A stretch of DNA of 64,000 bases. Source: Lepidodermella squamata. Lineage: Eukaryota > Animalia > Gastrotricha. The notes beneath the pieces are model-generated. The model was not told the origin of the DNA and did not search any database. It saw nothing but the letters and a program-made list of their open reading frames with translations. Both the position numbers and the translations under genes were made by a program. Of the stretch, positions 1 to 11,574 are shown in pieces (within the stretch, counting starts at the first letter, position 1; the number at the start of each line of letters is the position of its first letter). The stretch is taken from positions 2,852,001 through 2,916,000 of the forward strand of contig JBLDXI010000029.1 in the NCBI GenBank assembly GCA_047495785.1. The letters run 5' to 3'.

Positions 1-285
1 AAATCACAATAAATCACGACTCATCAGGATTTTCACCAATCTGGGGGCTTTGAAACTTCAAAAATAGCGCTAATGTGACACTACTGTCCCTCTCCAAAGC
101 GAATTTCTATCGGAAAAGAGGCGGAAAATCTTAGTTTAGCGGCATCCGAGATTTCAAGTTTTTCGATTGGATCCCTCACGGTTAATCAAAATCAATCAAA
201 TCAAAAGGTCGCCCCGCGTAAATCAATCATTATAAATCTAAATCACCAAAAATAGGGTCTAAATCAAATCAAATCCAAAGCACTG
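1..285. repeat. Right end of a probable non-autonomous DNA element with AAATC-rich subterminal repeats
   Basis: Many AAATCA/AAATC copies ending in ...AAATCAAATCAAATCCAAAGCACTG, a CAGTG-type terminus on the minus strand. The other end lies outside the window. Confidence 0.4.
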
Positions 286-2085
286 CTGCTAATCACGTTC
301 ACTTCCTCCAGCCTTTCTCCTCATCGGTTGTTGCTGAAACAAGGCGCGGCCATCATTTTACTGCGCAACCTTGACCCCTTTGTAACGGCACCCGTTTAAC
401 TGTTCAGCGACTTCGTCACAACGTCATCGAGGTTGAAATTTTTACTGGAAATTCAGCTGGATCGATCTTTCAAATTCCACGAATTCCGTTAATAGCGGAT
501 CAAGATGGGGCTCCTGTGGTGATTCAGAGGCGTCAGTTTCCCGTACGACTTGCGTTCAGCTGCTCTATCAATCAGGACCAGGCTTTCAAATTTGTTGGAC
601 TTGCTCTGCGTCAGTGTGAGGTGTTTTCGCACAGCCAGCAGACAGCTGAACATCGCCCACTCCCGAGTCACCGACCCGAGAAATCTGTATAGCTATACGT
701 CAGGCATTGTGAAGGTCGACGTCTTCATTATACCAAAAACATTTTTTACCGTGAAGTTTTTTAACTTACAAAATTTATTCATCGCTTCGTGATATGCTTT
801 TTTGGCAAGTTTTATTTATATCTCATCTACATCCCTGTCTCGCCAAATCATTTTTCAATTACCGTGATAGGGTGTCCGACCTAAGATCTCATTAATAACT
901 ATGATATTTCCTAATTAATTCTAATAACTAGCTACAATTTCGGTTTTTCGCATATACCCCTAGCCGAAGTATATGTTAAGGTTTGCTTTTGCATATTGAA
1001 ATGACGAGCTATCAAATGACACCAAGCTCTAGGACGCGGGCCTTACAGTTGCTTAACGGCTGTTCAACTGGGGTGTTTTACTACGTCGTGTTATGTACAA
1101 GGGGATTCCAATACCTTCGGACACGGTAAATTCTAAATCAGCAGTAAATCAAATCATTGGAAAATGGCCACTGCTTAAGACAAACTACCCGAACCACTCG
1201 AGTATAGCGTCATATTTACTGTCGCTGATTTGAATCGGGTCACAGCAATATTCATCAAAATGCCGAGAGAATTGGACTGCCTTTATCGATGAAATCGTCC
1301 GAATGGTTTTACACTTGAAACCTGTGTCTCCGGTAGGCCGAATCGCAATATTCATTAACTCAATGTATTATTTATTTTTCACGTAGAACTCGAAACTGCC
1401 CACCGATTCTGCCTATGCTCGCGGCCAGCCTCAATGCGTTCACACAGGCTTTCAAGACAAACAATTTGCTGCCTGCCTGTCATGATAGGGCCGCTGCTGT
1501 TAGAGTCGACGTTGGCCAGTCCACATTAGCCATTGGCAATGATACTTTAATCTTTATTCATCTACTGCAGCAATCTAATAAATAAAGCGATACTGAAAGT
1601 CTACAATTTGAGGGTATTAGATCGCTTTTGGCTTGACGACCTCTAATGATCCAGTATAAAAATGACCTGTAAATGAGTGAATCAAAGCCCCACGGTCGAG
1701 GTTATCACAAGCGCAGTGATTAGCCCGTATTTTTTCGGCGAGCTGATAACTACGCCAATATCGGCTGTGAGTTGAACAGCGTGGCTTATTAAGCTGGTTC
1801 ATTGAACAGCGAGGAAGAAGCAAGCAGCCTTATCGTTATCAAACACCGCCGTGCCACTCGCAACAACGAGATAACGCGCAAATCCCGTGTCAAATGACAG
1901 CAGAAGCATTAGTACTGCTGTGTTTTACATTTTATTTTGACCGAAGATTATACAACTTCATAGAATATGCTGTTAAGCTAAGCGAATATTGAACATTTAC
2001 AATGTAGAGCCTGATATTATGCAACGGGCTGAATCAAAACCATCAGCCATTGTAGGAGTGGTTATGGCTAGCGTTGGGGATTATA

Positions 2086-2568
2086 TTTGAATGTTAGGCA
2101 CTAAAGGCCTAAGTTTGGTTTAGGAAAATAGGCAAGGGATGGATTCAGTTTCAAGTTTTGTTCTAGTGCAGGACTAGGAACGTGCTCAGGGCCAGAGTTC
2201 TTATGAAATCCAAGGCTAGGGCTAGAGTTGTGACGAACGCTGGGTGTACGTTTTTAAATCGGTTTAGGGTTTAGCCTTCGGATTGTAGTTGAATCTAGGG
2301 TTTCGAATAGGATGGGGTATGTGTAGTATTGCTTAAGTTACTGCTTGAAGACTGACTGGGGCTAGAGTTAAGATTTAGATTGAGGGCAAGATGGCTGAGG
2401 GCAAGATATTGGTTAGGGTTAGGGTTGGGGTGATTAGGGTTAGGGTTAAGGTTAGGGTTAGGTTACGGTTGAAACTAAGACTGGGCCAGGGTTAGGGTTA
2501 GGGTTAAGGTTAAGGTTGGAACTAAGACTGGGCCACGGTTATTAGGGTTAGGGTTAGGGTTAGGGTTA
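2086..2568 (+). repeat. Interstitial telomere-like (TTAGGG)n tract, degenerate 5' part and near-perfect core at about 2411-2568
   Basis: Runs of GGTTAGGGTTAGGG with variants TTAAGG and TTACGG, plus a repeated AACTAAGACTGGGCCA unit. Confidence 0.8.
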
Positions 2569-2701
2569 TATATACGCGAGGATTTTGACTGACGTTACTC
2601 GGAGGTTTGGGATTGAATACAGCGTCAAACATGTTTTCCCATTTGTCATGAACATTCAATTTTACAGCTTAGGTAGTATTAACTTTAGCCAAAATAAAAA
2701 A

Positions 2702-3234
2702 ATGTCTGACAGTGCCGACTACCCACCCTACGCTCCGTTCTTCGGAGCCATGGGAGCCACTTCCGCGATGGTTTTCAGCGGTAAGGATTTAAAGCGATTG
2801 AAACATTGAAGATTCTATAATTCCACGTCTTTCCAGCTCTCGGTGCTGCATACGGTACCGCTAAGTCTGGCACCGGTATCGCCGCGATGGCCGTTATGCG
2901 TCCCGAGCTCATCATGCGATCCATCATCCCCGTCGTCATGGCGGGTATCATTGCCATCTACGGTCTCGTCGTCGCCGTAGTCATCGCCCAGGGCATCGAC
3001 CTTACCCCAGGCAAGTACCTGCTCGGCAAGAGCTTCACCCACTTGGGCGCTGGTCTTTCGGTCGGCCTGTCCGGTCTTGCTGCCGGCTTCGCTGTCGGTG
3101 TGGTCGGTGATGCTGGTGTCCGTGGTACAGCGCAACAGCCGCGTCTCTTCATCGGCATGATTTTGATCCTCATCTTCGCCGAGGTACTCGGTCTGTACGG
3201 TCTCATCGTCGCCCTCGTCCTCACCATCCGTTAG
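2702..3234 (+). CDS. ATP6V0C: V-type H+-ATPase 16 kDa proteolipid subunit c (2 exons: 2702-2780, 2837-3234)
   Basis: Spliced translation [69 protein letters not shown]...[28 protein letters not shown]. The proton-carrying Glu is conserved. 56-nt GT-AG intron at 2781-2836. Confidence 0.98.
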
Positions 3235-3618
3235 ACGCGAGTTCTATAGTCTACATAGTGTAAAGAACAATCGTGGTTTTAGATTAGAACGGTTGTGATT
3301 TGTCAATCTTTCAACAGAAAATATTATTATAATACGTTTAATTTTGTCACAAATACGTAAATTCATCCATTTCAATGTGCAATCATACGAGGAATCACGC
3401 TTATTTTATGTTTGAAATTTATCGTCGCCTGAAAATGAATAAAACCAGGAACTAGAAAAGAATCGTGAATCATTCAAAATCCTGTGAAACAGGCGATAAA
3501 AGCCGTAAGTTTATTCCAAAAATCAAAATGAAAAATCGAAAATAAAATCAAGACGTGCTTAACTAAACCGAAGTAAAAAATGGGTAACTCGGGATTTTCA
3601 GGGCATTTTAAGGAAGTT

Positions 3619-4169
3619 TCATGGCTGGATCAAATTAGGCTGATCGGACATGAGTTGAACGAGCAGCTGTCTGACATTTTCGTACGTTTCCTTCTCCTGT
3701 TCCTGACTCCGAACTTTGTCCATCCACAGGAAGAATGTCTAAAATTTCAAGATTAAAATCAGCTTTCATCTTTCAGTTCACAACTCACCAATGGCTGATG
3801 GCAGAATTCAGCAGGCAGCGAAGCTGGGCATTTGTTCGTTTTCGATCTCACAGCATTCGCGATGAGGCGGAGAAGTTCAGTCCGGCGGGGATTGTCGCTG
3901 CCGCTCATCAACATATCTCGAATCTGGCCAGCCTGATTGCCGAATTCGATCGAGTTGCTTAAAGGTTTCGGCTTCGTAACTGGTGGAACGGTCGGGATGG
4001 TCGGAATCGCGATTCCGTTTCGCAATTTAAGCTTCCCAGAGACAAGCGATTTCAATTTGGCGGCTCGTTCAGGCACTTTATTCGCCGAACGATTTTTCAA
4101 CGAATTTTCCGACTGTTGGGAGGCTACAACCAGCATAGCTAAGAGTACGAATTTTTGAAGCGAAGCCAT
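3619..4169 (-). CDS. Secreted orphan-family protein, paralogue 1 (intron 3739-3788)
   Basis: Signal-peptide-like N-terminus. Spliced core RDMLMSGSDNPRRTELLRLIANAVRSKTNKCPASLPAEFCHQPL|TFFLWMDKVRSQEQEKETYENVRQLLVQLM is shared with three neighbouring genes. Confidence 0.88.
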
Positions 4170-4827
4170 TTATGCTCTCGATAATGAGACGATTTTTCGT
4201 GCTCGAAATTCTACCGACTGAAATTGATTGGCTTTTTTGAAAAGCTCAGACGCAATACAGCCTCTGCCTCCCAGGCTATTAATTTTTCTCTTCACACCTC
4301 TTACATCCGTGTAATATTAAAAATCACGCATGCGTGAAAATGAAGTGCGCGATTTATTCGCCCTCGCTTCAGAGCCACAACAATACCGGAATTGCTATAT
4401 TAATCTCACGCGCACCGACTAAATGGACCAGGAAATCACGTGTTGACGCAAAAGCTTCCGTGCTGGTTTTGAGTCGGACTAAAATAAATTTCCGGAATCC
4501 AAATTGCTATAAAGCGCAGCCGAGAAAAGCGCAAAATATACTAGAAAAATTTCCCACTCGACATATGCTCGCGGTTTGTTTTTCCTGTAATACAAATTCT
4601 GTGCCAAAATTCTGCTTGCGTTTCATTGTTTACGTCTGAGATTTTTCGGTCACAATAGATATTGACCTTGATTTTTTTCAGATTTAAAACTTTGATGGTC
4701 AGCAATCAGCCAAATGACAAATGCTCAAATTTTACTTGATCATGCAAAGTGATACAAATTATCGAATAGGAAAAACAAATTTGTGATTGGCTATTGATTT
4801 GGTTTTATAGCGATTTGATCTTCATAG

Positions 4828-5450
4828 CTAATTTGCTGGGATTTGCTCGCCTGCGTTCAGCTGCGGATTTGCGAGTAGTTGCACAAGAAGACGTCGAACG
4901 TTTTCATACATCTCTCGTTCCTTTTCTTGATTTCGATACTCCTTCAACCAGAGGAAAAATGTCTATAGAGGAAAAACTAGGTTAAAATCTGAAACAGCGA
5001 GCTATGCAATAAGTTTACCAAGGGTTGGTGACAAAATTCAGCAGGCATCGAAGGAGGGCATTGCTTCGAGTTCGTTTTGACTAGGTTAGCAATAGCTCGC
5101 AAGACGTTGTGCCGCTGGGGGTTACTGGCCTTACTCAAAAGGACACTCCTAATAAATGTTAGGGACTTCATACTCTCCGTTGCATTGCCTCGGCTTTGAT
5201 TTTTCGCACTCGCATCCGTCGCTGGAGTTGCAGCTTCTGCGCTTAGCCAGCTTTCGTCTTTCGAAGCAGCATTTGCGCCCTGAGTTATCGGGATTTGATC
5301 GCCAACCCTAACTCGCAGTTTATTCGTAGCGATGGCTGCTCGAGGCTGTTTGTCGCGGCGCAGGTGAGTCACAAAAGCCGGGTCTGATGCTACAAAGGTG
5401 GATAAAAATACCCCAATCAAAAGGCTCGGTGTTAAAATTCGAATAAACAT
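4828..5450 (-). CDS. Secreted orphan-family protein, paralogue 2 (intron 4963-5018)
   Basis: Signal peptide. Core RSVLLSKASNPQRHNVLRAIANLVKTNSKQCPPSMPAEFCHQPL|TFFLWLKEYRNQEKEREMYENVRRLLVQLL. Same phase-0 intron as paralogue 1. Confidence 0.88.
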
Positions 5451-6085
5451 GTTTTCTAATAAGCAGAAATAAGCTAGAATAGTGGCAAAAATTCAGATCG
5501 TCTCTACGCTTTACGTTGCTTTTACGTGGATGGTTGATTTATATCATGTATGTTGCCATTATCTCGCATCGATGAACCTGCGCCCTCTAAATAAGCCTGG
5601 CGATCTGAGTACTGAGGCCTAATTTGCCATATCTCCCCCAGATCACGACCCGAAACATGACGTCTGTGTTCGTAAATGATAGGAATTTTTTAATTTAATA
5701 AAACTTGCATTAACGCACACATGTGATGACAAAAGTTATTAGACTGGTTTTTCCTATGTCCGGTAACTCTCAAAAAATTGAATCTCTCCACCCCCGCTTA
5801 TAAGACTCTCAATCAACTCTCTGATGTTTATTCGCGTTTCTTCACACAAAAAATCGAAAATATTCAAATTGGTGCTACAGAAATGATATTTTAAATGAAA
5901 TTTTCAACTTAAAGTTTGATCAACTGAAGCTTAACTAAAATATTGAACCTAAGCTAAATCATTGTGCACTAATCATCCTTCAGACCGGTTGCGGATGCAA
6001 TGCTTTGATCGTTCAGCATAATTTTAAAGGACGAGTTGAGGGCGGTAGAGACTAGTACGACGATGACGATTGCCGCGGAGGCGTG

Positions 6086-6813
6086 TTAGTTAGCTCGTGC
6101 TGCTTTCAAGAGTCTCGGCGAGGCGGCGGCGGGGAGCAGCGATCCAGCAGCGTGGGCTGGCTTGTTGTTTTCAAGCGCTTTCGCATCAGCCGGACTAGAG
6201 AACATCGCCGTCAGCATGCCCTTCACAGCATCGTACATTTCACGTTCCTTTTCCTGCTCACGTACTTCCTTCAACCAAAGGAAGAATGTCTAAAATGGAA
6301 ATAAAATCGAAATTTAAAACGATAAGAAGACCTATCTTAATAACTAACCAAAGGTTGCCTGCAGAAACCGGGCGGTAGAGTGGAAGGGCAGTTGCCAGAA
6401 CGGGCTTTAACAGCGTCAGCAATCATCCTGAGAAGCATCTGCCTCCGCGGCGAGTTGTCAGAGCTAGTTAGCAGGGTTCGCATTTCATCGAGTTGACGCC
6501 GGCTGCCGTCGGTATTCGAGGGCTCCTTTTGCTTCGCAGCTTGATCCGACGCCTTACGAGGGTCCTTTGCTGCCTTTGCTGATACCATGTTTTGAAGAGC
6601 TTTCATCTTACTCAACTGGGAATTACCCGTTCGAAGGCCTATCGATGACATTGCAGCGTTTTGGTTCGTTAAGTAGTCACCGGCTTCGAGCAATTCGTCG
6701 ATAAATTTTGATTTATCCTCGCTTTGTTCGAAAATCTCAGCCAAGTCCTGGGGAATCTCTTCACAGAAAACAGCCACGGTCAACAGTAAAATTGCGAAAA
6801 CCGACAATTCCAT
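6086..6813 (-). CDS. Secreted orphan-family protein, paralogue 3 (intron 6290-6348)
   Basis: Signal peptide. Core RTLLTSSDNSPRRQMLLRMIADAVKARSGNCPSTLPPGFCRQPL|TFFLWLKEVREQEKEREMYDAVKGMLTAMF. Confidence 0.88.
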
Positions 6814-8208
6814 ATCTGCGGATTGCTAACTGAAGTTTAAATTCTAAAATATATGCAGGAGATTTTTTTTCAAAAGAATGAGAAAATGAGTTAAATTATC
6901 AGAAAAAAACGCACAGACAACACGCTCTGAGTGCTTTTCCTGTCAGTGAAAAAAGTTGGTCACTCGCTGAACAAATCTCGCTTAATGGAAGTCGTTCATG
7001 CGTTCAAATGGCGATTGCATTTTTTCTCGGCTGTAATTGACTTTGTATCGACAAATCACGGCGTCGTTGCAGTTTTACGCTGTGAATTACTAAATAATTC
7101 GATGAAGATAACAGGTTCCCAGCGCCCACTTGTCTGATATACGTCCAGTGATAGAAAAAACAATAATATTATTGATGGTCGCTTAGTTCCGAATCATTTG
7201 AAATAAATTCTCAGACGTAATTAAATCTTGGGTTTTCAGGACGAAAAAATTTGGTTTGGGACGGCCTAGAATTTGAAGGATAGAAAAATGCTGAAATCAT
7301 CTTTCAGCTGCGTAGGATTAGGCAGTGCCGTGACTATTACTGGCAAACACACGGTTCCGGCTTGCCGCTTACGGATATCACGTTTTGGAGAGGCGACGAA
7401 CTCTCATTCTGTTGTTTTCATGAGTATCCCATTTCACAGAGAATTTCTGCGACATGATGGATGATCTAGACCTTTTTGACTTTGAACTAAATGGGGGCTG
7501 AAGACGAACTGTGAAAATGCTACTTTAATTAGGCTTATCGTATGGAAAATCGCCAAGGTATCACATTCCACAGTCTCATCCGGTTAAGAGACAGCGCAGC
7601 ATGGCGAGCGGCGCCTTGCTGAAATGCGTGCTGATGATTAAATTTCTCATCAGGCCGATTCATCAGATGAAGCCGTCAATCGTCCAAATACGGCAGACCT
7701 CGTCATTATAGCCTTAGTAACCACATTTTAAAATTTACGAATGCCACCACCATGCTAATTAGATTATACCTGCGTATATGGTTTGATAGCATTTCCGTGA
7801 CCTGGACGTAAGCTATTAAGACTCAAAATTATGTGTTATTAGTGACCGAGGCCCAACTGGGAATGCACCACTTCTCGGGAAAGGCCATAAGAAAATGATA
7901 TAGCTATACACCGAAAAAGACTGATTTCTGGAAAAATTTCATTTCACGCAAATAGAAAATACAAGAAAAATGTGAAGCAGTACTATAATTTTCATAATTA
8001 AGCTAGAATTTCTATGTTCAAATAAACGACTTTTCTCCAGGCATCGACCTAGCGAGAGAGTAAATTCAGAAATAGAGAAAAGCGGAAATTGATTCAGGAC
8101 TAAAAATAGCCACGCGAGTTGAGATGATGATCACAGATCACAGACAAAAGGAGAGTCGAGAAAAATTTCATATACATTAGGCAGAAATAACTAGAATTCT
8201 ATAAAATG

Positions 8209-8852
8209 TTAATTCGATTCTTTGTTGCTGTTGATGTAAAGATCATTGATGAACTTCTTAACGTATTCGTAGTTTTGCCTCTCCTTCTCTTGATTGCGCA
8301 CCTCCTTCATCCATAGAAAGAATGTCAACCTGGATAAAAACAACGTCCGTGATGAATTCAATCATGCAAATTTGCAATAAAAATCCACCCACATTCCAAT
8401 ATCTAATAGCATTTTACTTACGGTTGCTTGCAGAAGGCAGCAGGGAGAGTAGGTGGGCATTTACTAGTGAGGCCCCGGATTGAGTCAGCAATACGCCTAA
8501 TCATTTGTTGACGTCGGTCTGAGTCCGTTGAGCCTTTAAGAAATAAAAGTGATTCATTAAGAAAATTGTCCACTATAATTTCGGACTCACTTTTCAGCAG
8601 ATTACGAATTTCTTCCAGTTCAGTCTCCTCGAGTTTGCCCAACACCAAATCACGAACTGCTTCGACCAGCTGGCCTTGATTAGCCTCTCCAGCAGCCTCT
8701 CCAACCTCTGGGTCTGCTACAACTACTTTGTTTTGGGATTCCGAGTTCTTAAACGACCGGTTCTTCTGCCTCGCGACCTTAGCCGGAGCTGCTAAAGTCG
8801 CCACAGCTAAACATGAGATAAGTAGCGATGTTATCACTGCAAGCCTTGCCAT
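8209..8852 (-). CDS. Secreted orphan-family protein, paralogue 4 (introns 8534-8590 and 8330-8421)
   Basis: Signal peptide. Removing a 57-nt in-frame intron restores RNLLKSSTDSDRRQQMIRRIADSIRGLTSKCPPTLPAAFCKQPLTFFLWMKEVRNQEKERQNYEYVKKFINDLY. Confidence 0.85.
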
Positions 8853-9613
8853 TGGTAGAAACTATATGATAAATTGAAAATTAATCTGATTCTAGCGCGA
8901 CAAAAATCCGATAGTAATCAAAAATGTTTATTACATTATGGCTTGCCAGAAAAACACGCGTAGGTCGCGTAGATGAAATAATACAAAAGCGGTGTTTTTA
9001 ATTTCGAATGCGTAGGTTTTTTTCTGACGTGTTGAAAATTAAAATTTCTGGTGCAGTTGGTCGCAGAATTATTTAGCGATGAAAAGCCACGCAATCGCTT
9101 TTTTCCGATATTTGCTTCAGGGAAGCAATAACATTCCTACAAATAACGCGTGAATCATATCGTCATTTCCTTTATTCCTGCCCGCACACATGGGTGGAAT
9201 TTTCGCACTGCTGATCGGAATCAAGCATCATTTTAATAAATTCATAGCATTTTCAAGATTCATACTATCATGCAACTGCATTACTCTAAATCAACCGATA
9301 ATCTATTTTTGGAAGGTCAAATTTGGATGTAGCATTGAGAGAGGAAGTGAAAAGAAGTGGCTAAAGAATTCCGTCATGGCGAGGTCATTTTTGATCCTGC
9401 CCACTTGCTGTAATGACGAAAGCAGACAATAGCCCTTCCCAATTAGGACACAATTGTAAAAGCTGATTTTGACTGAATCGCTACGCAGTAAAAGCCGCTA
9501 AATTGGACCACTTTGCGGAGGCTAGACATACCGCTGCGACTCCCAACGGGCAATAGCCATAAGCTGATACATACGAATTTTATTTTTTTCTGAATGAGAA
9601 ATCACTGTCCCTC

Positions 9614-11533
9614 TTAGTACATTGCAAACATGGCGATTGGAGTTATGAAAATGCTGAGAATATAGATGAAGGCGAAAAGCCGCCCGGCAACATGGGCGAC
9701 AAAGTGCCATTTCATTTGGCGCGTATCCAACTCTTGTTTGCCCTCGTCATCCGTGTCGCGATCGCCATCGAAATATGATGAGCTGTTGAGATCTACTACC
9801 AGTCCACCGGGTGGGATCATGCTCTGCCGTCTGAAATCGCCGTTGACGTGATAGACGCTACCCCTTCGGTCGGCTTGGACACTTTGCTTCTTGTAATGAT
9901 TGCCGCTTTTTTTATCCACAGAGTAATGCTGACTTCGGCGCCGCTCGGCCACTGAAGCTGCTTGGGGTGGTGGTGGTGCAGTTGGAGGGTGATAGAACAT
10001 ATTGAAGCAACATCCAATGCCTTGAGCGACGCAAAACATCCAATTGGGGACACTTTTCGGTTTTGAATCTCCGTAGATATAGACGTTACTCAACAGCCAA
10101 AGGGCGAGACCTTCGCCGAGCTTAACGACAGTTTCAATTAATTCAATAGAAGGGATTTTGCCTTACCATTGAGAGGGCAATAAAACCTTGTTGTAGGTCG
10201 ATGTAAGTAGTCAACAAAGGAATTTTGTCACTGGACCTGAGAAAAACTTCACTGGATTTTAAAAACGGTAAAATTATCCTACCTTGGGATATCGGTTAAA
10301 ACCATGGTCTGAAAAACTGAATACGACAGGAGGCAGGTGAAAGTGATCGTAATCCTTTTGTCATCACGAATGGGCACTGAAAACGCGGCAATGTGGGCAA
10401 TCGATATCAGAATGCTGGGCACTATAACGTTAAGCCTATGCGAAGGTTAAAAAATGAAAGCTGAATGCTGCGAGAACACCGCATTCTCACATGTAATGCA
10501 TAGATTTTCGTTTGATTTTGATGATGAAATCGACATGGTCGAATGAATTTGTCATCCGAACCGAGTCATTGGACAACTTCATCGATAAGCCTGCTACGTC
10601 CCATTGTTCATTAGGCTTGAAGTACTTCATCGTGACGTTGGTAAACAGGTAAAACCTCATTTCAGAGTTGGAATATCTCCAACTGCACGGAATTATTTCA
10701 ACCCTTCAAATCCTCAAACTTGAAACTTACCTTTCTAACTCAATGGTACATGCCTGAATTAGGGGGTAGAATTAACTCTATTTAGGAAGAAACTGGCAAA
10801 TTCTTACCTGAGTGTCGAAAGGAAATCTATGAGAAGTTCATTTATAATTTTATCTCGATACTCAATCGAACTCACAGTCTCAAATCGTATTCACAGTAAA
10901 TCTCGAATGTCCCTCCCGGGCTGTAAATCGCATAGCCATTGGCGTAGATTCTGACTTTCTCCTTCTCTTTCCCCATTAAAATGTAACGGCCGTCCGAATT
11001 CATTTGAGCTATATCAGGGATCCATATCTTCCTAGCAGGTAGAACTAGAAAATAGAGTTGAGGTATGAAAATCTGGGATTCTCATCATTAACTCACCGAC
11101 GTAATCGACACATTTATAGGAGGTATTTGCCCAAACTCTGAACTCATCCATCCATCTCTGAGAATTTTTCGCGAATTTAGACAAATTTCGCTGAATATGA
11201 TCTTACCACGCTGAGGTAGCCAGAGATTTTCATGATACGCTCCCTCTCGCGCTAGGTGGAATACAAAAATTTCAAGTTATTCTAGTTGCTAAGCCAAGTT
11301 ACCACATCAGCAATAGAAGACAGAACAAAAGTCAAATTGACGACTATCGGTTGCGTAGCATTCAACACTGGCCGTTGCCATGCATCGAATTTCTTGAAAA
11401 TGTTGTCCTCGACGTCCTGATCTGATACCGCCTTGGAGGAGTAAGCGCAATCTGCCGGCCTTGGTATAGTAGGCTGAGCCAAAAAAGATGAGAAGCTCCG
11501 CAGAAGGATAAGAAGGCCAGCTATTGCTTTCAT
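9614..11533 (-). CDS. Cys-loop ligand-gated ion channel subunit A (non-alpha nAChR-like, about 10 exons)
   Basis: Signal peptide, RPV motif, KIWIPDI, Cys-loop CEYDLRLFPFDTQAC, loop B ESWRY, M1-M2 LNVIVPSILISIAHIAAFSVPIRDDKRITITFTCLLSYSVFQ, M4 WHFVAHVAGRLFAFIYIL. No vicinal Cys in loop C. Confidence 0.93.
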
Positions 11534-11574
11534 TAAATCGCAAATTTCTAAGATAAATTACGTCAAGAATTTAT

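Noticed and set aside
390-707. Stop-interrupted minus-strand frame faintly resembling a hAT transposase C-terminal dimerisation region (MFSCLLAVRKHL...LVLI...NLDDVV)
   Set aside because: The similarity is only by eye, the frame has several stops, and other hAT-like motifs nearby are in the wrong order. It needs a translated HMM search.
859-1128. Possible small TA-flanked MITE (TAGGGTGTCCGA / TCGGACACGGTA)
   Set aside because: The TIRs are short and imperfect, and there is no second copy in the window.
2775-3227. Antisense ORFs over the V-ATPase gene, and similar shadow ORFs over centrosomin exons and receptor genes
   Set aside because: They are explained by codon bias of the real genes on the opposite strand and have no independent motifs.
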